From contig CBDCJV010000002.1 of the NCBI GenBank assembly GCA_965217895.1, positions 1,056,001-1,120,000 of the forward strand: a stretch of DNA of 64,000 nt. The letters run 5' to 3'. Both the position numbers and the translations under genes were made by a program. Of this stretch, positions 1 through 11,800 are shown in pieces (position 1 is the stretch's first letter; each line of letters begins with the position of its first letter). Under the pieces are notes generated by a model. That model made no database searches, had not been told where the DNA came from, and worked only from the letters and a program-made list of their open reading frames with translations. The DNA comes from Waterburya sp. (GTDB lineage: Bacteria > Cyanobacteriota > Cyanobacteriia > Cyanobacteriales > Xenococcaceae).

Positions 1-1
1 C

Positions 2-508
2 AAAAATAACAATACTTTTGAAAAATTCCTCTTAGAAACAAAGGAAAAAACCAATTTTGCAGCTAATAAAACAGTAATCTTACGTGGCAAAACCACAGAG
101 GTAATTGAGAAAATTCCCAATAATGCCCTGGACTTTGCCTATATCGATGGCGATCATACCCTCAAAGGAATTACGATTGATTTAATTCGTTTATTTGACA
201 AAATTCGAGTTGGGGGCTGGATAGGAGGAGATGACTTTAGCCAATCAATTTGGCAGCACACTCCCAATTATGAACCGACTCTAATTTTTCCCTTTGCCGT
301 ATATTTTGCCGAAGCTGTAGGGGCTAAAATATATGCCTTGCCTTATTCACAGTTTCTAATTGAAAAGAACGAAGTTGAATCATTTTCTTTTATAGATCTA
401 ACAGGCAAGTATAATAATTTAGAACTTAAAAGCCAATTTAATCCCTTGGAAATTTTGAAAATTAAAATGATGGATGTATCTACTTTCCTGACTGGATTAG
501 CAAAATAA
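2..508 (+). CDS. Class I SAM-dependent methyltransferase (Methyltransf_24-like), 5'-truncated by the window edge
   Basis: Manual translation of frame 2 gives ...LDFAYIDGDHTLKGITIDLIRLFDKIRVGGWIGGDDF..., ending at TAA 506-508. Not in the ORF track. Confidence 0.8.
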   Translation, partial: KNNNTFEKFLLETKEKTNFAANKTVILRGKTTEVIEKIPNNALDFAYIDGDHTLKGITIDLIRLFDKIRVGGWIGGDDFSQSIWQHTPNYEPTLIFPFAVYFAEAVGAKIYALPYSQFLIEKNEVESFSFIDLTGKYNNLELKSQFNPLEILKIKMMDVSTFLTGLAK

Positions 509-682
509 ACCGCTTCCAGTTTGAAAGCCATAGTTCTTAGGTCAACTGTTCGCGGGATTAGGGACTAGAGACTAGGAAGATAAGTTGTTGGTAAAAACCT
601 ACTGTTTTCTATGTAGTCGCGGTTTAAACTAAAAATTCAGTGTTTGAATCAAATATTTGAGGAAAGTAGCATTCAGTTCAAC

Positions 683-801
683 TATAGTCATTTTAATGAA
701 TTGACCTATGGTAGTTTGGTATTGATAACAAGGTTAAACGCTACTCGTTACTCGTTACTCATTACTTTTTTCAAAGACCACCTGGACTTAAAATGACTAT
801 A
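683..801. mobile_element. MITE-like element, 119 bp, with 14-bp terminal inverted repeats and internal heptamer repeats
   Basis: TATAGTCATTTTAA (683-696) / TTAAAATGACTATA (788-801); internal TTACTCG-type units. Confidence 0.65.
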
Positions 802-815
802 AGTTGCTACCTTTC

Positions 816-1526
816 TCATCCTTCATTCCTTACCTTAACTGCTTCTAAGATGCGAGAATAGTAAAAGCTAACGCTAGTCATTCCCGTACGCTTAATTTCA
901 AAACCATTGTCTTGTAAAATAGCAATGATTTCTGATTCTTTATGTTGATAAGCTCTCGTAGTTTTGGAAGGCCCTGGAAAGAACTCCCCAATTTTCTTCA
1001 ACACAAACAAGAAACAAGTCTTAGGCGCAAAGCTAAGAATTAAACGAGACTCTGCCAAAGATGCCAAGTGAGCGATCATTTTGGCAGCATCAACCGTAGG
1101 ATAGTGAATTAAAACATCTAGACAGATAACAGTATGATAATTACCAGTCAAGGTTTCTAGATCTGAGACTGTAAAATTAACCTGATTAGAATCGCTTAAC
1201 TCTGACTTTGCCTTTTCTTGGGCTTCTCCTACCATTTTTTCAGAGATATCGCTGGCAGAAACAGTCGCACCAGCTTTTGCCAAGGGAATACTCAGGCTAC
1301 CGACACCACACCCCGCATCACAAATTGAAATATTAGCTAAATTATCATCATCTTCTAGCCAGCCAAGGACAGTATCAATAGTTTGTTGATGTCCTTGGCG
1401 AATCTTTTTTTGAACCTTGTTGACATCTTCTGTTTTGCCGTAGATTCTCCGCCAGCGATCAAATCCCGTCTGGTTAAAATAATCTTTGACAATGGCTTTA
1501 TCGTTTTGTTTATCTGCTGTCTTCAT
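816..1526 (-). CDS. chlM: Mg-protoporphyrin IX methyltransferase
   Basis: GFDRWRRIYG, CDAGCGVGSLSIPLA, CLDVLIHYP and FFPGPSKTTRAY motifs. Confidence 0.95.
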   Translation of the reverse strand: MKTADKQNDKAIVKDYFNQTGFDRWRRIYGKTEDVNKVQKKIRQGHQQTIDTVLGWLEDDDNLANISICDAGCGVGSLSIPLAKAGATVSASDISEKMVGEAQEKAKSELSDSNQVNFTVSDLETLTGNYHTVICLDVLIHYPTVDAAKMIAHLASLAESRLILSFAPKTCFLFVLKKIGEFFPGPSKTTRAYQHKESEIIAILQDNGFEIKRTGMTSVSFYYSRILEAVKVRNEG

Positions 1527-1831
1527 AAATTAATTTAAATATTACTCCCGACTCAGTATTGTATCTTGCTTATCTCCTCTCAAACAGCGAATTTTTGGCA
1601 GACTGTTACTAAATGCAAACATAAGTTAAAAATTTCTATATAGCCGAGAATCATGGTTTAATATCTCTTTAAGAAGGTCTTAAGATAAACAGCATGACAG
1701 TTTTTGGCGGTATTAATTTGCGAATGCTTTAAACAGGCAATAAATCTTCTCCTCGCTTTGTAAAGTACTTTTTCTTCTTAATTTCATATTTGTTTTTACT
1801 TTTTTATCTCTCATCACCAGGAGTTTATACG

Positions 1832-2041
1832 ATGAACCTTGAGTCAAATCAGTTGTCTTTAGAACAAGAATTTACCCACGAAGTTTTTGCGAACAAGATC
1901 CAAAATTTATCTTGTGAAGAAACAAAAGAACTATTAATCAAATTTCACAAGCACACACTGTTTAAAGAGAACTACTACAAAAAACTATTCCGTAAACAGG
2001 ATAAAAAGTTTGTTAACCAATTAATTGAAAGGAATAATTAA
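1832..2041 (+). CDS. nblA: Phycobilisome degradation protein, NblA/ycf18 family
   Basis: LSLEQEF...IQNLS.EE.KELL...ENYYKKL pattern; ATG at 1832 follows AGGAG. Confidence 0.8.
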   Translation: MNLESNQLSLEQEFTHEVFANKIQNLSCEETKELLIKFHKHTLFKENYYKKLFRKQDKKFVNQLIERNN

Positions 2042-2187
2042 AGAGTCAAGTATGTTTAAAGCTTGCTTCTGTAAAAACAATAGATAGGCAAAAGCGTCTT
2101 GTTTGTAGGTTAAATATTTGTTTTGTTTTAGATAAACTGAGGCCAGATATTTTATAATCTACATCGCCCCACAGTTTCTAAAACACC

Positions 2188-3327
2188 ATGAACGATCGCA
2201 ATTCTTTTATCCGTTCAGATCTACTAAGGTTAGCTGTATATACACCCCACCCAGGAGGCGAAACTCCTGCATCTATAGATCGTCTGGATACAAACGAAAG
2301 TCCTCTAGATTTACCAGCCGAAATTAAATCTAAGCTGGCTTGGGCATATCAACAGGAGATAGAAGCTAATCGCTATCCTGATGGCAGTCATGAAGAATTA
2401 AAACAGGTGATCGCCGAATATGCAACCGAGTCGGCTAACGTTACTCAAGATCTGACTACCGCTAATATTTCTGTAGGCAATGGTTCTGATGAGCTTATTC
2501 GCTCGTTATTAATCGCTACTTGCTTAGGCGGCGAAGGATCTATTTTAGTGGCAACTCCTACCTTTTCTATGTATGGAATCCTGGCGCGAACTTTAGGTAT
2601 TCCTGTTGTCAGCATTAATCGACAAGAGTCAGATTTTGCTCTAGATCTAGAAATGGCGCAGCAGGCGATCGCCCACACCGATAGCCCACCTATACGAGTA
2701 GTGTTTGTGGTGCATCCTAATTCTCCTACTGGTAATGCCTTGGTTGCCAGAGAACTAGATTGGTTAAGAAGTCTACCAGAGAATATTTTAGTAGTTATAG
2801 ATGAAGCCTATTTTGAATTTAGTCAGACATCCGTAGTAAACGAATTGACTAAGCGTCATAACTGGATTGTGTTGCGCACCTTTTCCAAAGCCTTTAGGTT
2901 AGCTGCCCATCGTGTAGGATATGCGATCGCCAATCCTGATTTAATTAAAGTATTAGAGAAGGTGCGCTTGCCCTATAATCTGCCTAGTTTCTCTCAGACA
3001 GCAGCAAAGGTAGCCTTGCAGCAAAGGCAATTACTATTACCTTTAGTGACAGAAACCATCAAAGAAAGAGAGCGAGTATGGTCAATTCTTAAAGAGGAAA
3101 GCAAGCTGCAAGTCTGGCAGAGCAACGCTAACTTTTTATATCTCCGTCTTCAAGATATATCTTCTGACAAACATGAAAATGCTTTGGCGCAAATCACCAG
3201 CAAACTAAAAGCAGAAGGGACTTTAATTCGTCATACAGGGGGAGGTTTACGCATTACTATTGGTACTTCGGCTGAAAATAACCGTACTCTTGAACGATTA
3301 ACCGCATTTTTATCAGCAAAACTTTAG
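2188..3327 (+). CDS. hisC: Histidinol-phosphate aminotransferase
   Basis: [50 protein letters not shown]. Confidence 0.93.
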   Translation: MNDRNSFIRSDLLRLAVYTPHPGGETPASIDRLDTNESPLDLPAEIKSKLAWAYQQEIEANRYPDGSHEELKQVIAEYATESANVTQDLTTANISVGNGSDELIRSLLIATCLGGEGSILVATPTFSMYGILARTLGIPVVSINRQESDFALDLEMAQQAIAHTDSPPIRVVFVVHPNSPTGNALVARELDWLRSLPENILVVIDEAYFEFSQTSVVNELTKRHNWIVLRTFSKAFRLAAHRVGYAIANPDLIKVLEKVRLPYNLPSFSQTAAKVALQQRQLLLPLVTETIKERERVWSILKEESKLQVWQSNANFLYLRLQDISSDKHENALAQITSKLKAEGTLIRHTGGGLRITIGTSAENNRTLERLTAFLSAKL

Positions 3328-3374
3328 TTTTCGTTTCACAGACTAGGATTTGTATCTAAAAATTTGCTAACTAA

Positions 3375-3402
3375 AGGCAGACTAGATAGATCCAGTCTGC
3401 CT
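3375..3402. terminator. Hairpin between convergent hisC and iscA
   Basis: AGGCAGACT...AGTCTGCCT inverted repeat. Confidence 0.5.
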
Positions 3403-3441
3403 AAGAAAATTATTCAATTCGCTAACTATGTCTTTTTGTTC

Positions 3442-3798
3442 CTATACGCCAAAAGACTTGCCGCAACCGCAGGTTTGAGCAGCATTAGGATTAGTAAATT
3501 CAAAACCGCCACCAATCATGGCGTTGCTATAATCTAAAACCAAGCCATATAAATATAAAAGGCTTTTTGGATCACAGACGATTTTAAATCCGTCATAATC
3601 AAAGACTTCATCGCCAGGTTGAATCTTATCTGGTTCTTCAAAGTCCATCATGTAAGACATTCCTGAACAACCACCTTGGCGCACTCCTACTCGAAGACAC
3701 AATTCCTGTCCCTGCTGCTCTTGCAGCATTTTAATATGCTTAAAAGCAATTGAGGTTAATTGAATGCCTCTTTCAACCGTTTTAGTAGCTTCTGTCAT
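3442..3798 (-). CDS. iscA: Iron-sulfur cluster assembly accessory protein (HesB/IscA)
   Basis: GGCSGMSY and [14 protein letters not shown] motifs. Confidence 0.92.
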   Translation of the reverse strand: MTEATKTVERGIQLTSIAFKHIKMLQEQQGQELCLRVGVRQGGCSGMSYMMDFEEPDKIQPGDEVFDYDGFKIVCDPKSLLYLYGLVLDYSNAMIGGGFEFTNPNAAQTCGCGKSFGV

Positions 3799-4056
3799 CT
3801 GTGTTGATAACTCCTTATGTGCTTATGTAAATCAGTAAAATACGTAATTTTATCCAGTTGCCAAAATTACTAAGAAATTTGTATGTTTTTGGTTTTAATT
3901 TCTTTTACTGTTTACGACTCTAATGTAATGATAACTCGGTAATATAATGCAAGTGTATCTAGAATCTTTAAGTAATTACTGGTGGAAAACTAAAAATCAA
4001 GCACATTTTAACGCTGAGTTTAAATAACCTTAATCTAGTTTTCCACCCTAAAACTT

Positions 4057-4392
4057 CTATTCGGCGACGCTATTAACGCTTAATGGTACTAAATCGCCAT
4101 AAATAGTAAACCCAAGCAGCATAGGTTCATTCTCTTGAATTAGCTTACCTGTAAGAGCGCAACTTTCATCTTTGCGGGCAGTTGCTTCAACGGTAGCGCG
4201 AATATCAGAACGAGCAAACTGAGGACGATAATCACCAGATTTCTGATGAACATAGTTCCAAAGAATATCTCTTATTAAAGCTTGATAACCCTGATTACCA
4301 GATAATTCTTTCAGCTTGTCTTTGAGACTACGCTCCAAGCGAATACTGGTAACTTCCATTTCAGTCGTAGATGTGCGAGTTAGGGTTCGCAT
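4057..4392 (-). CDS. Conserved hypothetical protein with a CopG/ribbon-helix-helix-like N-terminus
   Basis: VTSIRLERSLKDKLKELSGNQGYQALIRDIL resembles RHH/BrnA-type domains. Confidence 0.6.
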   Translation of the reverse strand: MRTLTRTSTTEMEVTSIRLERSLKDKLKELSGNQGYQALIRDILWNYVHQKSGDYRPQFARSDIRATVEATARKDESCALTGKLIQENEPMLLGFTIYGDLVPLSVNSVAE

Positions 4393-4738
4393 TTTTTTTC
4401 CTCTAGATACTAGATATACACGGTACTATAAGTGTAGTATTAAAAACCCAGTTTGCAAAGCTTTTTCGAGAAATTTAATCTTTTTATTATCTCTTTTTGA
4501 GCGGATCTCTAATATAGCCAAAATATCGTGCCTTTGTGTAGATTAAGTTGCGATCGCTAATATTATCTCTTTAACGCTGTCCAAAAAGAACTTCGCATAT
4601 TCTTTAAATCCCAAACATATAAGAGCCTGTAGCCAACAAAATCTCAAGTATCGTCGCTGGAAAAAAATTACTAGCAGCTAGATAAAACCAAAGCTAAATA
4701 GCGGGGCAAATTTGCACTGAATAGCCATCTTACGAATA

Positions 4739-4865
4739 CAGGGTAATCGCCTCAAAATCTCAGAATGCTTAGCTAGCAAGGGTTTTCAATTTTTACAATT
4801 TTACGAACCGATTTGCCGAAAGCCCTGTCTTGTATGAATTTTAAAAATTAGGTGCGATTACCCTG
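4739..4865. mobile_element. MITE, 127 bp, with ISAs1-like CAGGG termini
   Basis: CAGGGTAATCGC (4739-4750) / GCGATTACCCTG (4854-4865); no ORF; no clear target-site duplication. Confidence 0.65.
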
Positions 4866-4905
4866 CTGACAAATAGGCTGTTAATTTAACAAAAATTTAC
4901 ATTAT

Positions 4906-4936
4906 CCGTTAGCAGATTTTGGCTAGCGGGTTTTTT
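4906..4936 (+). terminator. Rho-independent terminator-like hairpin
   Basis: CCGTTAGC...GCTAGCGG followed by a T6 run. Confidence 0.55.
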
Positions 4937-5105
4937 ATTGCTCAAATTCACTTTTAACAAAATGAACAATTAAACAGTGATTTGTGTCAATGTCAATAGC
5001 ACAAAAATAGTCAACAGTTAAGTATGGACTTAAACCAAATGAATATCAAAAAAACCTAAATCAATTATTAAACAAAAATTATATGCCGAGGGAGCAGAGT
5101 ATCTC

Positions 5106-5486
5106 ATGTTAAAAATCACTTATTTAGAAGAAGCAATCTACCTCGAATATTTAGAAGAATCTATTGAAGCCTGGAAAGCCAACAGAATTCTAGTTAGTTT
5201 ACGTGCAGGAATAAACATTTTTATAGAATCTAGTACTGCTTGCTTAGTAATTCCGATAGATAGCCGTTATTTAATAGACATAGCTGAACTAGAAGCAAAA
5301 CAACTGATCGAAGTATTTCCCTGTGATGAACAATATCTAGAAGTTGTTGTACCTGGGGCTTGGGTAAGCCAAAGTGAAGATAGTGAAGAAGGTATCTTTG
5401 TCTGCGATCTTAGTCTTGGTGGCGAATATCTGCTGTACAGTATATGGCAGGAATCTCAAGTAGGTTCTTCACTCTTTATTGATTAA
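5106..5486 (+). CDS. alr0857-family cyanobacterial hypothetical protein
   Basis: MLKITY.E...YLE.L...IE.W...RILVSLR.G...ESSTA...G.WVS...SEEGIFV pattern. Confidence 0.7.
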   Translation: MLKITYLEEAIYLEYLEESIEAWKANRILVSLRAGINIFIESSTACLVIPIDSRYLIDIAELEAKQLIEVFPCDEQYLEVVVPGAWVSQSEDSEEGIFVCDLSLGGEYLLYSIWQESQVGSSLFID

Positions 5487-5555
5487 ACGATGTTTTTGTA
5501 AATATCTTGCGGCTTTAGATATTGTCTATTTCATTCTCTCTATCTCCAGTAAAAT

Positions 5556-7001
5556 TTACCCGTCTAACTCACCTTCCATAGCGGTTGATAAAGCTTTGGT
5601 TGTGGTTTCTTTAAATTCGCTGACGTTAACGTTTGCCAAAATAACTATTGCCAAAACCATGAATACCGCTTGAATCATAAATACCAAACTGTAAGCCAAA
5701 AGAGGCGTAGCAAAGAAGCTTTTACCAAGATCTAAAACAACTCCACCAGCAAGAGTAGCCAAACCTCTAGACATTGCTTGAGCCAATCCCCAAGCACCAA
5801 TAAAAGTACCAGCAGTTGCAGCAACGGTTAAATCCAACATTAAGCTAATACCGCCGACAGTAGCTATTCCCGCAGCTATCCCAAATAAGGCGATCGCTGT
5901 TTGCAGCATTTTTGGCTGTTGGGTAAAGCCAGCAGCAATAATTAAAGCAAAACAAATAGCAACGCCAATACAGCCAATCTTGGTAGTAGGTTTTTTGCCT
6001 AGATTGGGGATAATCAAAAATCCTGTAACTCCATAGCCGAGTAAAATTCCTATACCCCAAAAAGAATTTAACTTAGTCGTTTCGCCGATACTCATCCCAA
6101 ATACTTCCCCGCCATAGGGTTCAAGTATCGCTTCCTGCATAAATAAACCAATTGTCAGAATAGACAAAAAAGCGAAGAAAATGCCTGTTTGACGGCTGGT
6201 AGTTAGAACTTTAATTGCTCTACCAATAGTGATGCTGTCTTCCCTATTGGCTGCAATATTACTAGTAAAGCGTGAATATTTCTTTTCTACTCCCCAAGTG
6301 GCAATTAAAGCTAACCCCAAGACTAAAAAGGGAACAAAACTAAAGACAGAATTAATCGGTGGCTGAAGTATTTCCAAAGGAATATTACCTGCTGAGATTC
6401 CTTCTATTTCAATCTTTTTAAAGACGACGCTGCCTGTAATTCCACCAATGACTATACCTATCATCAACATTGACCAAACTACCGCGATTAATTTAGAACG
6501 CCTTTCTTCTTCGGTGATGTCTACAAGTAATGCCGTAAAAGGTGTTGAACTACAGCTAATCCCCAAACCATAAATAGCCATAATTAAAGCTAATAAAGCA
6601 CTCCAGCCAATAGTTTGCGTATTCCAAAGCCAACCGCCACTCTTTTCTACCACAGTACCCAATTGCCACATTATCTGTACAGCCAACCAGACTGCCAAAC
6701 CAAAAATTACAGTTCCCACAAGAACATAATTGGTTCGGTGTTTGCCTAGTATTGGCTTGTTATCTGAGAGTTGTCCAAACCATACTCGTGCAGGAGCAAC
6801 AAATAAAGATGTAGCTAAAATTCCGCCAGTAATGGTTGCTGGAATACTAAGCTCACTAATCATTACCCGATTTAAGACAGCTAAGGTTAATACCGCCATC
6901 AATCCTAATCCCAGATTAAATAAACCCAGACGGAAGATGGTTAGCATTCCTATCGGACGCTTGGGACGAATGGTATCTAGATTTGACTCAGAAATTGTCA
7001 T
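5556..7001 (-). CDS. BCD-family (PucC-like) MFS transporter
   Basis: RLGLF...LNRVMI.EL, FGQLSD, QEAILEPYGGEVFGM, GTFIGAWGLAQA. Confidence 0.9.
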   Translation of the reverse strand: MTISESNLDTIRPKRPIGMLTIFRLGLFNLGLGLMAVLTLAVLNRVMISELSIPATITGGILATSLFVAPARVWFGQLSDNKPILGKHRTNYVLVGTVIFGLAVWLAVQIMWQLGTVVEKSGGWLWNTQTIGWSALLALIMAIYGLGISCSSTPFTALLVDITEEERRSKLIAVVWSMLMIGIVIGGITGSVVFKKIEIEGISAGNIPLEILQPPINSVFSFVPFLVLGLALIATWGVEKKYSRFTSNIAANREDSITIGRAIKVLTTSRQTGIFFAFLSILTIGLFMQEAILEPYGGEVFGMSIGETTKLNSFWGIGILLGYGVTGFLIIPNLGKKPTTKIGCIGVAICFALIIAAGFTQQPKMLQTAIALFGIAAGIATVGGISLMLDLTVAATAGTFIGAWGLAQAMSRGLATLAGGVVLDLGKSFFATPLLAYSLVFMIQAVFMVLAIVILANVNVSEFKETTTKALSTAMEGELDG

Positions 7002-7291
7002 TTTATTATTGATTTAATTTATAAGTTTCCAAGGTATTAATATTCAAAACCTTGGAGTCTAAGCTTTTCGATTATTCTACATAAACAAGGCGGATGAATT
7101 ATCGCGATCGCTCGTTCGGCAACTGGAACGAGTCATGGAAAACAGCAATTACCTTGTCAGGATCGTGGCGATTATAAAATTATTGGTCAAACGGTGAATT
7201 ACGCATAACTTAATCTGTAATTATCTTATTTTTCAAAATTGTTTAGTAAACTAGATAACCATATATATATTTACTTTTATCGCTGCTGGTT

Positions 7292-8581
7292 ATGATCTAC
7301 GAATCAAAATTAGATAATCAATCTAGTAAGCTGATTAATCCAGCACAGCTATGTTTACTAATATCCCTTGTTCTGCATCTGCTGGTTCTCAAGTTTGGTT
7401 TACCCAGCCTAAAATTCAACAATGACTCTAGCAAGAGAAAAGTTTCTGTAATTGAGCTTAACCCAGAACAACAAGCTCGTTTACCCAATTTATCACCTCA
7501 GTTAAATACTCCCAATATCAATAATCTGCCACCAGTTGACGATAGCGAACCTGCTGCACCTTTTGCCATACCTCGTTCTTTATTTCCTGGGTTAGGAGAT
7601 CCTTCTAATTTACCTCCTGTTGCTATTCCTCCTCCTCCTAATTTTGATAATCTTCCTCCTCTGCCTCCCATAACTGATATTACTTTGCCTCCTGTTAGCA
7701 ATTTATCAAAACTTCCCTTACCACCAAAGATCGATCCTGGTGATTTTAAGGTAGATCCATCTAAAGTTTCGCCTGCTAACCCAACTAAAAAACCTGGACA
7801 ACCTTCTAAGCCAGAAAATGCACAACAAGCTCAAAAATCACCTCAAACAGCAGCTAAACCAGATCCAAGACCTCAAGAAAAACCAGAGCCAAAACCTCAA
7901 ATAGAGCCAAAACTCACTCCTAAACAGGTTGCAGCCAAAAAGGTTGATAATTCTCAAAAGCGCATTGCTAATTTGACTCAAAGCTTGACTAAAAATGAGG
8001 AGGGTATGACCGATGAGGATGCCAGCAAAAACTATATTGCTTGGCTAGCCAAGGTAAAAGAAGTAAAGCCTGACGAGATTGAAGCAACAGGGACTTATCC
8101 ACGAGATGCCTGCATTAGAAGACTCAAAGGGACTAGTGTATTTGGAGTTGTCGTCAATGCCAAGGGTGAAGTTGTCGATCTAGATTTAATCAAAGGTGCA
8201 AAATATCCTATTTTTAATATACAGGGGGTAGAAGATCTCGCTCAGCTTGTTTTGGAGAACAAAACAAAAAAACCAAAGCCCTATCAGGTAACGCTCAATT
8301 ATGAATATGACCCCGAAGTTTGTCCTTCTTTGACATTGCCATCTATTGAAAGAGCAGAAGAGAAACAAAAAGCTGCACCAGCACCAGCACCGAAACCAGA
8401 GCCTAAACCTGAACCCAAACCCGCACCAGCACCAGCACCGAAACCAGAGTCTAAACCCGAACCTAAACCTGAACCACTGCCATCATTACGAGATCAGATA
8501 AGAAATATAAAACTTCCTAATCGCAAACCTTCAGATTTGAAAGACACCCCCTTGCCTGAAAAACCAAAGTTTGAACCATAA
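7292..8581 (+). CDS. TonB-like protein (TM anchor, Pro-rich spacer, TonB C-terminal domain, PK/PE-repeat tail)
   Basis: SLVLHLLVL anchor; YPRDACIRRLKGTSVFGVVVNAKGEV TonB_C motif. Confidence 0.7.
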   Translation: MIYESKLDNQSSKLINPAQLCLLISLVLHLLVLKFGLPSLKFNNDSSKRKVSVIELNPEQQARLPNLSPQLNTPNINNLPPVDDSEPAAPFAIPRSLFPGLGDPSNLPPVAIPPPPNFDNLPPLPPITDITLPPVSNLSKLPLPPKIDPGDFKVDPSKVSPANPTKKPGQPSKPENAQQAQKSPQTAAKPDPRPQEKPEPKPQIEPKLTPKQVAAKKVDNSQKRIANLTQSLTKNEEGMTDEDASKNYIAWLAKVKEVKPDEIEATGTYPRDACIRRLKGTSVFGVVVNAKGEVVDLDLIKGAKYPIFNIQGVEDLAQLVLENKTKKPKPYQVTLNYEYDPEVCPSLTLPSIERAEEKQKAAPAPAPKPEPKPEPKPAPAPAPKPESKPEPKPEPLPSLRDQIRNIKLPNRKPSDLKDTPLPEKPKFEP

Positions 8582-8650
8582 ACTCAAAGCCCACTTAAAC
8601 GGCGAGACACATATTGCTTACGTCTTAATACCGTTCGGTTAGTAAATCTT

Positions 8651-8751
8651 ATACCATTTTAAATTTACAACATGACACATCGTTTTCTGTAGGGGCGAAC
8701 GGTCGTTCGCCCTTACAATTAATCTGTAGCGGATACAATTTAATTTGGTAT
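8651..8751. repeat. MITE-like repeat with central GTAG-type REP hairpin
   Basis: ATACCA...TGGTAT ends; GTAGGGGCGAAC-GGTC-GTTCGCCCTTAC at 8689-8716. Confidence 0.7.
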
Positions 8752-8810
8752 TAGAAGCTTAAATTTAAATACTTTTGACTTTTGACTGTGGAAAAATTCT
8801 AAATATCCAA

Positions 8811-11800
8811 CTAAATATCCAAGCTTAGCTGAAGATAGTTATATTTTGCCTCAGCAGCTTTTGACATAGACATAGAAAGATTATCAGTTTGCTCGGCAGA
8901 CCAAAACAAGGAATTGCCAGGACGTTGGTGGTCTACTTTTAACCAGTGGCTAAATATTTGTTCTCGTCGATCTATGGGGGATAGTATTTGATAGACTCTA
9001 ACTCTCTTTTTGTTGATGCTTTCATAACGCATACATTTAAGTTTGTAGCCAATTTTAGCGAGAAGACGACTGACTATGGTTACAGGAGTGAAATTCTTAG
9101 CGATGCCAATGTTGAGGATTGTTTTGATTTCTGAACGATTATTATGAGCGATCGCACTGAGAGACTGTAAATCAGCATCGGTATTACGTAATTCTCTCTT
9201 TGTATCTTGTAACAAGACGGGAATACCCATTAGCTCTAATGTGCCAACAATCGCCCCAAGCTGGGAGTTATTAAAATCAGGTAAAAATAAACTGCCATTT
9301 CCCTGTTCAATTAGCTTGCGGGCAACCTGAGTATCGCGATCTGCTAGGTAAGGACGACCAACTGTTAAAAAGTAATGTAGCCTAATTTTTTCATACCATC
9401 CTTCATCATCTAAAGATACTAACTCAGGAGTGATCGGTAGATTGTAGCGTTGATGCAGTTCGTGTTTTTTGAGTTGACGGCGATTGCTTAAAGACTTGAT
9501 TAAGCGTTTTTTGAGAGTCTGATACTGGCGAGTATTGAGATCGGTAGAACAGGCGATCGCTTTACATTCTGCTAAATAGTTTTGGGTACTGATTTCGGTG
9601 ATCGCTGCGACTAAACTATTATCGGCTTGAGATTCTACTTGATTTTCTAACTCCTCAAACTTAATCGTAGCTGCGTCTACTATTTGATGTCCTTCGGCTT
9701 TTAAGCCCGCCAAAATAGAGTGGCGATAATTGCTTGCGCCTGCATTAAAGCGTACTGCCATTTTTGCCCAACACAGCAAAGATTCTGCTTGAAAGCCTGT
9801 GTCTAGGTCATCTAGATAGGCAAAGTCTGACTGCTGTAACAAGCGGATATTTAGCTGAGTAAAACGCTGACTAGAGCTAAGTAAAGCAGGAATGGAAGTT
9901 GAACCATTACCGATTTTATTAAAACTATAGTTGGCGCACCAAAGATGTCGAGGGACATTTTGCCGTAAACGGGATAGAGTCTGACGGACGGCGTTTTCTG
10001 CCTGGATGCCTTGAGCGATCGCCCAAACAGAGGTAAAGTGATTTTTTAGTTCAATGGATATGCCTGTTTCAATTGAAGGACTAGCCACCACGATATCGTA
10101 TTGCCATAAAACTTGTTCTAGCTGAGCAAGAGAGCCATAAGCAACGTGGCTAAGATCGGCAAGGGACTCGGAATCTAGACGCAGAATTTTTTTAGCGGGA
10201 AACTTCTGTTTTAAATAAGCTTCTAAAGTTTGAGTACTCCATTTACTAGTCAGCTTTTGTGCCGAGAGACAAATAAATGGTTTGCCTCCTTGTTGGATAT
10301 GGGTTTCTAGATTAGCGACTAGTTTTTTTGGACTTTTGCCCTCATAGTTGTATACCTGCCATGAGGTCTGCTCGTCATGTTGCCAAATATTATGAACAAT
10401 ATAGGGCTGAATCTCTACTCCTGATAAAGCAATCAAATAATCTAAGGCAATATTGCTCAAGTCCGCATCCGCTATGTATACCTGTCCGCGATCGCCTAAA
10501 ACATTCTGGATCAAAGTTTTAAATGACTTTAAAATCTCAACTCGTCTGTCTTTACAAGTACTAGAATTTAAGCCATGCCACAATACTTGCTCTACTTCAT
10601 CAATAATTACTAGGCTATTTGACCAGCGATCGGGGTTAAATTTTGCTTTAGAAGAGCCATGCAAAGAATCAATACAAAGACCATAACCTAAAGCTGCTCG
10701 ATCGCTACAGTCTTTGTCGGTGACGTAACTAAGTCCAAACCTGCTGCATAATTCTTTGACTAACTGCACTCGATGCCCAATGACTAAAACTTTTTGCCCA
10801 CGAGCGATCGCTTGAGCGACTATTTTCTCAAGAAATCTTGTTTTACCAGTGCCTTTAGCTGATTTAATACCGACTAACTTGGTTCTGGGTGGTATATCTA
10901 ACTCTGGCAAATAACGGCTATTTAGCTGAACATCCGTAGAATGAGTCAAATTTGTCCAAGATTTTGCTTTCCAGGTTTCTAAATCTACCGCCTCATCAAA
11001 AGCCTGGGCAAAATATTCTTGACCATGATTAATAATTAGATCGTCTACACCTTTGCCTAGCTGACTATTCCAGGTAACAACTTTGACTTGACAACCAGCT
11101 TGCTGTAACAAATAGCCTGTTTTTCTAATTGCTGCATTGACTGCCTGAACGGTTTTTGGTTTAGAATCTCGGTCAAAGACAATGTATATTTCTCGTCCAG
11201 GGGTAGCCAAGGTAGCCAACTGAGGAATCAAATGAGATTTAGCGATCCGTTTACCATCGGCATCTTTAGGAGTCCGATAACCATTATTAATGCCTGGTAA
11301 AGCGATCGCACTATAGCCAGCAGACAATAATGCTCCTGCTTTTTTTGCTCCCTCGGTAATACAGAGAGGAACTTGAGGATTATTTTTTAACCACTGCCAA
11401 AATCCCAAGTCAGCCTTGTTTTGAACAATATCCTGTAGAGTAATTTTAACTTGAGCGCGATCGGCAATTTTCTGCCACAAACTAAGAGGAACTTTAAGCG
11501 CGAATAAGCCTGTGGCAGTTTTAGGGGGATGCTCATACTTAATAATTTTATCAGCATCATGGCGCGGGCGATCGGGCTTAAAACAACCCCAGATATCTTC
11601 TTCGCCACTCAAAATATCGATGCCAGAACACCACCATCCTCCAGCATCAATATGGGCATAACGTTGAAGAAATCTTGCATTAATTCTGCCGTCATTTCTT
11701 CTAGGGATAGAATTTGAGTATAGTAAATATTCCCCAGGGGATTCTCCCTCAAGGTTAACTACGTTTAAGCGGGTTAACTCTTCGTCTACGCCACTTGCTT

